From: Verrucomicrobiota bacterium
GTDB taxonomy: Bacteria; Verrucomicrobiota; Verrucomicrobiia; Limisphaerales; JAXMHQ01
DNA length: 64,000 bases
Reading direction: 5' to 3'
NCBI GenBank assembly: GCA_046346665.1
Contig: JAXMHQ010000030.1
Location: 747-64,746 of the forward strand
Shown: in pieces, positions 27,369 to 35,355 of the stretch
Layout: each line of letters begins with the position of its first letter
Numbering within the stretch: position 1 is the first letter of the stretch
The notes under the pieces: model-generated
Seen by the model: only the letters and a program-made list of their open reading frames with translations
Databases searched by the model: none
What the model was told of the DNA's origin: nothing
Position numbers and translations under genes: made by a program

Positions 27369-27391
27369 GATCGCAGTTTTATTTCGTGTGC

Positions 27392-27426
27392 AAAATCCGC
27401 CGGTTCACGCCGGCGGATTTTTTTCT
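27392..27426 (+). terminator. Rho-independent terminator after fusA
   Basis: ATCCGCCGG, loop ttcacg, CCGGCGGAT, then a T8 run. Confidence 0.8.
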
Positions 27427-27433
27427 TCTGAAT

Positions 27434-27587
27434 GGAGTGGTGGAGTGGTGGAGTGGTGGAGTGATCGGCAGCGTCGTAATCGACCTCGAGATCAAAGGGA
27501 CCAGCGACCAAAAGGACATAAGTGACTCAAGGGACCAAAGGGACCGGTCCCATTCAATACTCCGGAACTCCTGCACTCCAATACTCC
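27434..27587. repeat. Octamer-array imperfect hairpin (GGAGTGGT)n ... (ACTCC-rich)
   Basis: GGAGTGGTGGAGTGGTGGAGTGGTGGAGTG on the left; CATTCAATACTCCGGAACTCCTGCACTCCAATACTCC on the right. The centre carries GGGACC repeats and GGGACCGGTCCC. Confidence 0.65.
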
Positions 27588-27597
27588 GTTTCGGGCA

Positions 27598-28816
27598 CAG
27601 GGCTCACGCATTAAAAGATTTTTGAAGGAGGGACGATTTTTGTCTGTACTTTGTAAATACAATGCGTACATGAGGCGGGATGCAAAAGCATCCAAAGTTG
27701 AGTTTGATCACGATTCTGAAAGAAGTGCCGGACCCGCGAATGGATCGGCGCAAACTGCACGCGTTACCTGACGTGCTGAGTATTGCCATCTGCGCGCTGC
27801 TGTGTGGGGCCGATAGTTTTGAGGACATGGAGGTTTTTGGGGAAGCAAAGTCGGAGTGGTTCGAGAGCTTTCTGGAGCTGCGCCACGGCATTCCCAGTCA
27901 CGATACGTTCAACCGGGTGTTTGCGGCGATGGATCCGGAGAAGTTTCTGGAGTGCTTCATGCGCTGGACGCAGAGTCTGCGAGCGGCCGTGGCGCAGGAG
28001 ATCGTAGCGCTGGATGGCAAAGCACTGAGGCGGGCGATCAACAAGGGGGATTGCCCCAAAGTGGTGATCAGTGCTTGGGCGGCAGACAACGGTCTGGCGT
28101 TGGGTCAACTCAAGGTCGATGACAAGAGCAACGAGATTCGGGCGGTGCCCAAGCTGTTGCGAGCCTTGGAACTGAGCGGATGCATTGTGACGCTGGATGC
28201 GATGGGCTGCCAAAAAGAGATAGCCAAGGAAATCAAAGAAGCCGATGCCGATTACGTTTTGGCGCTCAAAGGCAACCAGGGGCAGACGCACCAAGAGGTC
28301 AAAAGCTATTTGGATGACGCTATCAGCCGCCAGGCCAAGGAACTGGCTTACGCGGAAGTCGTGGACAAAGGGCACGGGCGCCTGGAGGTGCGGCGTTATT
28401 GGCAAAGCGGCCGGCTTGATTGGTTTGAGGATCGAGAGGCTTGGGAGGGTTTACAGAGCGTGGGTGTGGTCGAAGCAGTGCGCGAGATTGGGGGGCAGCG
28501 TACGGTGGAGCGGCGCTATTATCTGAGCAGCTTGAGTCTGGACGTGAATCGGTTCGCCCGTGCCATCCGCAGCCATTGGAGCATCGAGAACCAGTTGCAC
28601 TGGGTTTTGGACGTCAATTTTAACGAAGACCAAAGCCGGGCGCGCAGCGGCTACGCGTCCGAGAACCTAGCGACATTGCGCCGTTGGGCGCTGAATCTCA
28701 TCAAAACCGATACGCAGAAGAAAAAGCGCAGTTTGAAGGGCCGAATGAAGGCCGCTGGCTGGGACAACCGATATTTGCTCCATCTCCTGGGCTTAGATTT
28801 TAATGCGTGAGCCCTG
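27598..28816 (+). mobile_element. ISAs1-family insertion sequence, apparently intact
   Basis: 19-bp perfect terminal inverted repeats CAGGGCTCACGCATTAAAA (27598-27616 and the complement of 28798-28816). Flanked by a direct repeat GTTTCGGGCA (27588-27597 and 28817-28826). Visibly lower G+C than the flanks. One transposase ORF. Confidence 0.85.
27680..28810 (+). CDS. ISAs1-family transposase (H-repeat-associated, DDE)
   Basis: N-terminal L..V.DPR...RKLHALPDVLSIAICALLCGADSFEDME.FG and ...VALDGKALR..., ...TLDAMGCQKEIA..I....ADYVLALKGNQ.... The stop lies inside the right inverted repeat. Confidence 0.85.
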   Translation: MQKHPKLSLITILKEVPDPRMDRRKLHALPDVLSIAICALLCGADSFEDMEVFGEAKSEWFESFLELRHGIPSHDTFNRVFAAMDPEKFLECFMRWTQSLRAAVAQEIVALDGKALRRAINKGDCPKVVISAWAADNGLALGQLKVDDKSNEIRAVPKLLRALELSGCIVTLDAMGCQKEIAKEIKEADADYVLALKGNQGQTHQEVKSYLDDAISRQAKELAYAEVVDKGHGRLEVRRYWQSGRLDWFEDREAWEGLQSVGVVEAVREIGGQRTVERRYYLSSLSLDVNRFARAIRSHWSIENQLHWVLDVNFNEDQSRARSGYASENLATLRRWALNLIKTDTQKKKRSLKGRMKAAGWDNRYLLHLLGLDFNA

Positions 28817-28870
28817 GTTTCGGGCACGAGCCCTATTGACACGCCACGCCCCCCGGCGCATCTTCTGCGC

Positions 28871-29425
28871 ATGAACACCCTGTTGATTTTCGCGGCGATG
28901 CTTTGCCTTCCGATGGCGGCGCTCCAGGCGGCCGAGTCCACCAATTCCATTTACAACATTCCCCTGAAGGACATTGACGGGAAGGACACGACGCTGGCGC
29001 CCTACCGGGGCAAGGTGTTGCTGCTCGTGAACGTGGCTTCCAAGTGCGGTTACACGCCGCAGTACGCGGGGCTGGAGAAACTTTACAAGCAATACGCGGC
29101 GGAGGGATTCGTCGTGCTCGGTTTTCCGTGCAACCAGTTTGGCGGGCAGGAACCGGGATCGGCCGCGGACATCAAGCAGTTTTGCACGAGCAAATACGAC
29201 GTGACGTTCCCGATGTTCGACAAGATTGAGGTGAACGGGGCGGGGCAAAGCCCGTTATACGCCCTGCTCACCGGCAAAAGTTCGCCTGCACCGGGATCGA
29301 TCGGCTGGAATTTCACCAAGTTTCTGATCAGCAAGGACGGGAAGATCGTGAAGCGGTTTGAGTCCAAAGTGACTCCGGAATCGCCGGAGTTGACCGCGGC
29401 GATCCAGGCGGAGTTGAAGAAGTAA
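28871..29425 (+). CDS. gpx: Glutathione peroxidase (Cys-type), with signal peptide
   Basis: LLLVNVASKCGYTPQY, FPCNQFGGQEPG, WNFTKFLI. The active-site codon is TGC (Cys), not TGA. Confidence 0.85.
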   Translation: MNTLLIFAAMLCLPMAALQAAESTNSIYNIPLKDIDGKDTTLAPYRGKVLLLVNVASKCGYTPQYAGLEKLYKQYAAEGFVVLGFPCNQFGGQEPGSAADIKQFCTSKYDVTFPMFDKIEVNGAGQSPLYALLTGKSSPAPGSIGWNFTKFLISKDGKIVKRFESKVTPESPELTAAIQAELKK

Positions 29426-29430
29426 TCCTT

Positions 29431-29610
29431 GGGAGGGCCGGCGTCCTCGCCGGCCCCAATATCCGTTTGATGCGATATGCCGACGCAAGCGGTGCGCGAA
29501 GCGGATCAGATGGGGACGGCGGGGACGCCGTCCCTCCCGGTCTCTGGCGAGGGCTCGACGGAGTCTCGCCCCACCTTTGTCCCTTGATGATCCGTGTCAT
29601 CCGCGGTTAA
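29431..29610. repeat. Family-A 108-bp element followed by C' and B' half-modules
   Basis: GGGAGGGCCGGCGTCCTCGCCGGCCC...GGGGACGGCGGGGACGCCGTCCCTCCC (29431-29538; same termini as 17081-17188, different core). Then GAGGGCTCGACGGAGTCTCGCCCCACC and GATCCGTGTCATCCGCGGTTAA. Confidence 0.85.
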
Positions 29611-29651
29611 ACCGGGCTTCTTCGCGGTTCCAATTTGGTGAAAAAATCTTG

Positions 29652-29679
29652 TTGCGCGGATTTCTGCGGTTGCTATATT
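29652..29679 (+). promoter_or_regulatory. Candidate promoter of the S10 (rpsJ) operon
   Basis: TTGCGC, 16-nt spacer, TATATT. It shares GGATTTC...TTG.TATATT.CGCG with the rpsL candidate promoter. Confidence 0.55.
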
Positions 29680-29747
29680 TCGCGTCCGCTTTTCGGGTAA
29701 GAACTGCGGGACGTTAGCTAGACCATTAACAGACAATTGTTCTTTCT

Positions 29748-30056
29748 ATGGCAGGACAACGAATTCGTATTCGACTGAAGGCCTTTGACCACCGGGTCAT
29801 TGACCAATCCGCCCGCGATATTGCGGACACGGTGAAACGGACCGGGGCGCGTGTGGCGGGTCCGATTCCGCTTCCCACCCGAGTGGAACGCTTCACGGTT
29901 CAACGCTCTCCCCACTCCGACAAGAAGTCGCAGGAGACATTCGAGCAGCGCACGCACAAGCGGCTGATCGACATCATCGAACCCACCGCCAAGACCGTGG
30001 ATGAGCTGAAGAAGCTCAACCTGCCGGCGGGCGTCGACATCACCATCAAGATTTAG
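29748..30056 (+). CDS. rpsJ: 30S ribosomal protein S10
   Basis: [23 protein letters not shown]......GA.V.GPIPLPT. Confidence 0.95.
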   Translation: MAGQRIRIRLKAFDHRVIDQSARDIADTVKRTGARVAGPIPLPTRVERFTVQRSPHSDKKSQETFEQRTHKRLIDIIEPTAKTVDELKKLNLPAGVDITIKI

Positions 30057-30061
30057 CGCTT

Positions 30062-30787
30062 ATGCCACTTGGACTTTTAGGAAAGAAACTGGGCCATTCG
30101 CGCGTTTACGATGCGAACGGCATCATGACCCCGGTGACGATCGTCCTGGCCGGGCCCAATCGCGTGTTGCAGGTCAAGACGCAGGCGGGCAAGGACGGCT
30201 ACAATGCCGTTCAACTCGGCTTCGACGATCAGAAGGAACAGCGGCTGACCAAGCCGTTGCTGGGCCACATCAAGAAGCACAGCGGCGTCGCGGTGAAGCG
30301 GATCCAGGAGTTCCGGAATTTTTCGAAGGAAGTGAAGCCGGGCGACGTGGTGGGTCCGACGTTGTTTGAGGTCGGTGATTTTGTGGATGCGATCGGCGTG
30401 ACGAAGGGCCGCGGGTTTGAGGGCGTGGTGGGCCGGCACTCGTTTGCGGGCGGCGACTCCACGCACGGCGCGAAGGGCTGGCATCGCCGGTCCGGCGCCA
30501 TCGGCCAGCGCCTGTTCCCCGGCACCGTCATGCGCGGCATGCGCATGCCCGGTCACATGGGCCAGGTGCGCCGCACCACCCAGAATCTCCAGGTCATCCA
30601 GGTTCGCGAGGCTGAAAACCTGCTGCTGATCAAGGGCTCCATTCCCGGCGCCGAAGGCGATTACGTCGTGATCCGCGAATCCAAGAAACGTCCGAAGGGC
30701 TGGAAGCCGCCGACGTCGAATGCGGGCAAGAAGCTGAAGGGCGGGGATGCGAAGCCCGCTGCGAAACCCGCGGAGGCAAAGAAATAA
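30062..30787 (+). CDS. rplC: 50S ribosomal protein L3
   Basis: MPLGLLGKKLGHSRVYD...GVTKGRGFEGVVGRH.F.GG..THG, with a Lys/Ala-rich tail. Confidence 0.95.
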   Translation: MPLGLLGKKLGHSRVYDANGIMTPVTIVLAGPNRVLQVKTQAGKDGYNAVQLGFDDQKEQRLTKPLLGHIKKHSGVAVKRIQEFRNFSKEVKPGDVVGPTLFEVGDFVDAIGVTKGRGFEGVVGRHSFAGGDSTHGAKGWHRRSGAIGQRLFPGTVMRGMRMPGHMGQVRRTTQNLQVIQVREAENLLLIKGSIPGAEGDYVVIRESKKRPKGWKPPTSNAGKKLKGGDAKPAAKPAEAKK

Positions 30788-30852
30788 CGAGGTGACGGCG
30801 CCGCATTTGGCGCCGTGCCGGGACGGCGAAGCCGTTTCACCAGGTAACTGCC

Positions 30853-31485
30853 ATGAAGATTGCGATTAAAGACATTAAAGGAAACAGCCAGGGCGAGCTG
30901 GACGTGAAGTTCCCGGTCATTGAGGACGGGAAGGGCACGCAGGCCGTTCATGACGCGGTGGTGGCCTACCAGGCCGCGCAGCGGATGGGCACGGCTTGCA
31001 CCAAGACGATGGGCGAAGTGGCCGGCAGCGGCAAGAAGCCGTGGCGCCAGAAGGGCACCGGCCGCGCGCGCGCCGGTTCGTTCGCCTCGCCCCTGTGGCG
31101 CGGCGGCGGCGTGACGTTCGGTCCGAAACCCCGCGATTTCACAAAGAAGATCAACATCCGCACCCGCGAACTCGCGCTGCGCAAAGCGCTCAGCGAGCGT
31201 TTGAAGGCGGGCGACGTTTTGGTGGTGGACGATTTCAAGCTGGGCTCGCCCAAGACGCGCGAGTTCGCCGGCGTTCTCGCCGCGCTCCAGCTCACCGGCA
31301 CCGCGCTGATCGTGGCGCACGAAGCCAACAAGAATCTCACCCTCGCCTCCCGCAATCTTCCGAACGTGTTCCTCGCGACGAGCGAGACGCTGAACACCTA
31401 CGACGTGTTGCGGCCGGACAAGGTCGTGTTCACCCGCAGCGCCTTCGAGAAAGTCGAGTCGCGCCTGGCCAAGCCGCAGAAGTAA
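30853..31485 (+). CDS. rplD: 50S ribosomal protein L4
   Basis: ...SGKKPWRQKGTGRARAGS..SPLWRGGGVTFGPKPRDF.... Confidence 0.95.
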   Translation: MKIAIKDIKGNSQGELDVKFPVIEDGKGTQAVHDAVVAYQAAQRMGTACTKTMGEVAGSGKKPWRQKGTGRARAGSFASPLWRGGGVTFGPKPRDFTKKINIRTRELALRKALSERLKAGDVLVVDDFKLGSPKTREFAGVLAALQLTGTALIVAHEANKNLTLASRNLPNVFLATSETLNTYDVLRPDKVVFTRSAFEKVESRLAKPQK

Positions 31486-31512
31486 ACGGCCCCGCAACCA
31501 TCGAAGAATTCC

Positions 31513-31794
31513 ATGAATAGCTTTGAAATCATCAAGACCGTGCGCCTGACGGAAAAAGGCACGCGCCAGGCCGAGAACTTCAACCAGTACACCGTGGTGG
31601 CCGATCCGCGCGCGAACAAGACCCAGATCCGCCAGGCGGTCCAGGAACTGTTCAAGGTCAAGGTCGTCAAGGTCAATACCCTGAACGTTTCCGGCAAAGA
31701 CCGCCGCCGCCGCACCCCGCAGGCCGGCCAGACGAACGATTGGAAGAAAGCCATCGTGACGCTCAAGGAAGGCGACAAGATCACGCTCGCGTAA
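31513..31794 (+). CDS. rplW: 50S ribosomal protein L23
   Basis: IIKTVRLTEKGT......YTVVADPRANKTQIRQAVQELFKVKV..VNT. Confidence 0.95.
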   Translation: MNSFEIIKTVRLTEKGTRQAENFNQYTVVADPRANKTQIRQAVQELFKVKVVKVNTLNVSGKDRRRRTPQAGQTNDWKKAIVTLKEGDKITLA

Positions 31795-31815
31795 TCGCGT
31801 CTCCAGAAAGAATTC

Positions 31816-31842
31816 AAAGGCCGGCTCCGCCGGCCTTTTTTG
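31816..31842 (+). terminator. Rho-independent terminator directly after rplW
   Basis: GGCCGGC, loop tcc, GCCGGCC, then a T6 run. rplB does not follow. Confidence 0.8.
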
Positions 31843-31849
31843 TTTGTAA

Positions 31850-31950
31850 CGCAGGCCGCCTGGCCTGCCGTATCGCCGACCGCCGGTCGGCGCTGCCGCG
31901 CAACGACGCGGGCTGGGCAGCCTGCGACACGGCGGGCCAGGCGGCCTGCG
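31850..31950. repeat. 16-bp perfect inverted repeat pair with an internal palindrome
   Basis: CGCAGGCCGCCTGGCC (31850-31865) pairs with GGCCAGGCGGCCTGCG (31935-31950). The inner palindrome is CGCCGACCGCCGGTCGGCG. Confidence 0.75.
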
Positions 31951-32007
31951 CTACAGGGCGCGCGCGACTCTTGCCATCTCCGGCGCCGGGTTCTGGTGGC
32001 TCCGCGC

Positions 32008-32349
32008 ATGCACGAGCTTTCGATCATGGAAGGCGCCCTCAGCCTGGCGATGGAACAGGCCCGCGCCGCGGGCGCCGGAAAGATCCTGTCGCTCCGGCTC
32101 CGGGTCGGCGCGCTAAGCGGCGTGGTCCCGGACGCCCTCACCTTCGCCTTCGAAGCCTTGTCCGCCGGCACACCCGCGGAAGGCGGACAACTCATCATCG
32201 AAGCTGTCCCCGCCCAGTTCTGGTGCGAGAGCTGTGGCCGTGCCTTCGAGGCGGACGCCCTCAACGCCATTTGCCCCGCCTGCGGCAAGCACAGCAGCGA
32301 CCTGCGCAGCGGCCAGGAGTTGCAGGTCGTGTCCATGGAAGTGGAATAA
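32008..32349 (+). CDS. hypA: Hydrogenase nickel-insertion protein HypA
   Basis: MHELSIMEGAL... N-terminus and a C-terminal zinc site CESCG...CPACG. The track start at 31840 was rejected because it runs through repeat sequence. Confidence 0.85.
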   Translation: MHELSIMEGALSLAMEQARAAGAGKILSLRLRVGALSGVVPDALTFAFEALSAGTPAEGGQLIIEAVPAQFWCESCGRAFEADALNAICPACGKHSSDLRSGQELQVVSMEVE

Positions 32350-32608
32350 CCGGTTCCACGGCTGCAGTTCGCAAGAGGAGTTCAATCAAGAAATCTTATT
32401 CTATTCCGCAAAAAACGGTCAGTTTTTGACAAGTCACGTGATGCCGGAGGGAGGGACAACTGAGACGTTGAACTTACCTTGAGCCGGATCCGGCTCTGGT
32501 GCTTTTGGACCGGTCAATTCATACGCATAGGCATATCATGGACCTTGAAAATGAAGCGGTTACGCTGAGAAGCGGTCGGTGCTGCGGCTGTTTTGGAGGT
32601 GACCGGTC

Positions 32609-34498
32609 ATGAATCTCCTGCTTGCCCTCATCCTGCTCCCGTTTCTCGCCGGTGCCGTTCTGTTTTTTGTCCGATCCGACCTGCTCCGGCGCGTCCTGGT
32701 CGGCGGGGTGGTTGCGGCGGTCTGCTTCCTCTCCATCGTGCTGGCCATGCAGCCGGTTCCGATGAACCTGTCGGAAATTCCCGTCAGCCGTCACGCATTG
32801 AACCTGGGAATGCTCGGGGTGGAACTCGCGATGGCGCTTTACGTGGTATTGGTCGGGCTCCGATGGAAGCGTCCGTTGATCGTGCTGCTGATGGTGCTGC
32901 AGGCGGGGGTGATGACGTGGTTCGAATGGACGCAAGGCGGCAAACTGGAGGCGGGGAACGATCTTTTTGTCGACAAGTTTTCGGTGATCATGGCGTTGAT
33001 CAACGGGATTGTGGGTGGCGGTATTTGCCTGTATGCGCTGGGTTACATGCGGGAATACCACGAGTCGGCCCACTCGGACGTGCCGGACCGGCGCCCGCTG
33101 TTCTTTGCGCTGCTGTTTGTGTTCATGGGCGCGATGTTCGGCCTGGTGTTTGCCAATAATCTTACGTGGCTCTTTTTGTTCTGGGAGATGACCACGCTGT
33201 GTTCGTTCCTGCTGATTGGTTACACGAAGACAAAGGAAGCCCGGCGCAACGCGCAGCGCGCGCTTGTGATGAACCTGGCGGGCGGACTCGCCTTTGCCCT
33301 GGCGATCGTCTGGCTGCAACGCCAGGCGGGAACCATCGAATTGCAGGCGCTGATCGGATCCGAAAAATCCCTCGTGCTGCTGCCCGCCGTGTTGCTCTGC
33401 TTCGCGGGAATTACAAAATCCGCCCAACTGCCGTTCTCGAGCTGGCTGCTGGGCGCGATGGTGGCCCCGACGCCGGTGTCGGCGCTGCTGCATTCGAGCA
33501 CAATGGTGAAGGCGGGTGTTTACCTCGTCCTGCGCATGGCCCCGGTGGTCACCGGCACGCGCGCGGGCATGATGGTCGCCCTGGTCGGCGCCGTGACCTT
33601 CGTGGTGGGATCGCTGGCCGCCATCACCGCGAGCGACGCCAAGCGCGTCCTGGCCTGGTCCACCGTGGCGAATCTCGGCCTGATCGTCCTGTGCGGCGGG
33701 ATCGGCACTGCGGAAGCCGTCTGGGCGGGCGTGCTGATGATCATTTTTCACGCCCTGGCGAAGTGCCTCCTGTTTCTCTGTGTCGGGGTGGTGGAACACA
33801 AGATTCACAGCCGCGACATCGAATCGATGTGCGGCCTGGTGGCGCGCATGCCGCGGGTGGCGGTGATGATGTTGATCGGGATGGCGGGCATGTTCCTCGC
33901 GCCGTTTGGCATGTTGATCAGCAAATGGGCGGTGTTGAAGGCCGTGGTGGACGCCAGCCCGATGATGTCGGTGTTCATCGTCTTCGGCAGTTCGGCCACG
34001 TTGTTTTTCTGGGTGAAATGGATGGGCAAACTCCTGGAAGCCGGCGACTCGCCCGAGCGGATCCGCCATGAACTCGTCCTCGGCGAATCCATCGCGCTCT
34101 ACGGCCTGGCGGCGGCGACGTTCCTGGCGTGCCTGTTGTTCCCGCTGATCTCGGCCCGGCTGATCGTGCCCTACGTCGACGCCGTCTACGGCCAGTCCGC
34201 CACGCTGGCGCAGGGGAACGTTTACATCATGACCGCCATGATGGTGCTGGTGATGCTGTTCCCTGTCACCCTGCTGCGCATGGGCAGGGGCGTGCGGGTC
34301 ACCGATGCGTATCTCGGCGGCGCGAACGTCAGGGGTAACACCGGATTCCTCGGCTCCGCCAACCAGGTCCAGGCCGTGTCCATCGGCAATTATTATCTCG
34401 GCTCGCTGCTCAGTGAATCCTGGCTGTCGCGCTGGGGCGTGATCGGCTGCGCCGCGCTGCTGGCCGTGATGCTGGCGATGGCGATGAAACTTTTATGA
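32609..34498 (+). CDS. echA: Ech-type hydrogenase membrane subunit A (NuoL/HyfB-like antiporter subunit)
   Basis: 629 aa, polytopic. NLTWLFLFWEMTTLCSFLLIGY and ...SALLHSSTMVKAGVYL... motifs of the NuoL/Mrp family. First gene of a six-gene set with Ech subunit sizes. Confidence 0.8.
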   Translation: MNLLLALILLPFLAGAVLFFVRSDLLRRVLVGGVVAAVCFLSIVLAMQPVPMNLSEIPVSRHALNLGMLGVELAMALYVVLVGLRWKRPLIVLLMVLQAGVMTWFEWTQGGKLEAGNDLFVDKFSVIMALINGIVGGGICLYALGYMREYHESAHSDVPDRRPLFFALLFVFMGAMFGLVFANNLTWLFLFWEMTTLCSFLLIGYTKTKEARRNAQRALVMNLAGGLAFALAIVWLQRQAGTIELQALIGSEKSLVLLPAVLLCFAGITKSAQLPFSSWLLGAMVAPTPVSALLHSSTMVKAGVYLVLRMAPVVTGTRAGMMVALVGAVTFVVGSLAAITASDAKRVLAWSTVANLGLIVLCGGIGTAEAVWAGVLMIIFHALAKCLLFLCVGVVEHKIHSRDIESMCGLVARMPRVAVMMLIGMAGMFLAPFGMLISKWAVLKAVVDASPMMSVFIVFGSSATLFFWVKWMGKLLEAGDSPERIRHELVLGESIALYGLAAATFLACLLFPLISARLIVPYVDAVYGQSATLAQGNVYIMTAMMVLVMLFPVTLLRMGRGVRVTDAYLGGANVRGNTGFLGSANQVQAVSIGNYYLGSLLSESWLSRWGVIGCAALLAVMLAMAMKLL

Positions 34499-35352
34499 GC
34501 CCCTGGATGCGATTGCTGCTGTATCTCGTGGCCGCCCCCGTGGTGGGCGGCGTGCTGGCGGGCTGGGACCGGCGCATCACCGCGCGGATGCAATCGCGCC
34601 AGGGTCCGCCCATCCTGCAGCCGTTCTACGATGTCTGGAAACTCTGGCACAAGGAAACCCTGGTCGTCCGGCGCTCGCAGAATTTTTACATCGGCTTCTT
34701 CCTGCTCCTCGTGATCTTCACCGGCGCGCTTTTCTTCGCCGGGTCCGACCTGCTCCTGGTGATTTTCGCGCTGACGCTGGCGGCGATCTTCTTCGTCCTG
34801 GGCGCCTACACGGCCAGTTCGCCGTACAGTTTCATCGGGGCGGAACGCGAATTGATCCAGATGATGGCCTACGAACCGATGGTGCTGCTGACGGCGATCG
34901 GGATGTACATGGTGACGAAAAGTTTCGCGGTGGACGACATCGCGAGCCACCCGGGTTTGCTAGTGCTGGCGTTGCCGGGAATCTTCCTGGGTTTTCTCTA
35001 CACGCTGGAGATCAAGTTCCGCAAATCGCCGTTCGACCTCTCGTCGTCGCACCACGCGCACCAGGAGTTGGTGAAGGGGATCACGACCGAGTTTTCCGGG
35101 CGCGCGCTGGCGATGATCGAGGTGGCGCACTGGTATGAGAACGTGTTTTTGCTGGGCTGGATTTACCTGTTCTTCGCGTCGGTGCCGGCGCTGGGCGTGG
35201 CGGTGTCGCTCGCGGTGTTCGGGTTTGTGATCCTGGTGGACAACGTGTTTGCGCGGCTCAAGTGGCAGACGGCGCTGAAGAGCGCGTGGCTGGTGGCGGC
35301 CGTGCTTGGTTTTGGAAACATCCTGGTTCTTTCACTGCTGCATCCCCGCTGA
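34495..35352 (+). CDS. echB: Ech hydrogenase membrane subunit B (NuoH/HycD-like)
   Basis: GWDRRITARMQSRQGPPILQPFYDVWKL motif. ATGA overlap with echA. Confidence 0.8.
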   Translation: MSPWMRLLLYLVAAPVVGGVLAGWDRRITARMQSRQGPPILQPFYDVWKLWHKETLVVRRSQNFYIGFFLLLVIFTGALFFAGSDLLLVIFALTLAAIFFVLGAYTASSPYSFIGAERELIQMMAYEPMVLLTAIGMYMVTKSFAVDDIASHPGLLVLALPGIFLGFLYTLEIKFRKSPFDLSSSHHAHQELVKGITTEFSGRALAMIEVAHWYENVFLLGWIYLFFASVPALGVAVSLAVFGFVILVDNVFARLKWQTALKSAWLVAAVLGFGNILVLSLLHPR

Positions 35353-35355
35353 CCT

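Noticed and set aside
27588-27598. Exact length of the IS target duplication (10 vs 11 bp)
   Set aside because: One C could belong either to the inverted repeat or to the duplication. This cannot be resolved from a single copy, so it is reported as 10 bp with that caveat.
28871-29425. Selenocysteine-type glutathione peroxidase
   Set aside because: The active-site codon in VASKCGYT is TGC (Cys). There is no in-frame TGA and no SECIS-like hairpin.
27369-29747. Search for a degraded tuf gene between fusA and rpsJ
   Set aside because: No frame in this interval gives EF-Tu motifs (GHVDHGKTT, DCPGH, NKCD). The space is accounted for by repeats, the IS and gpx.
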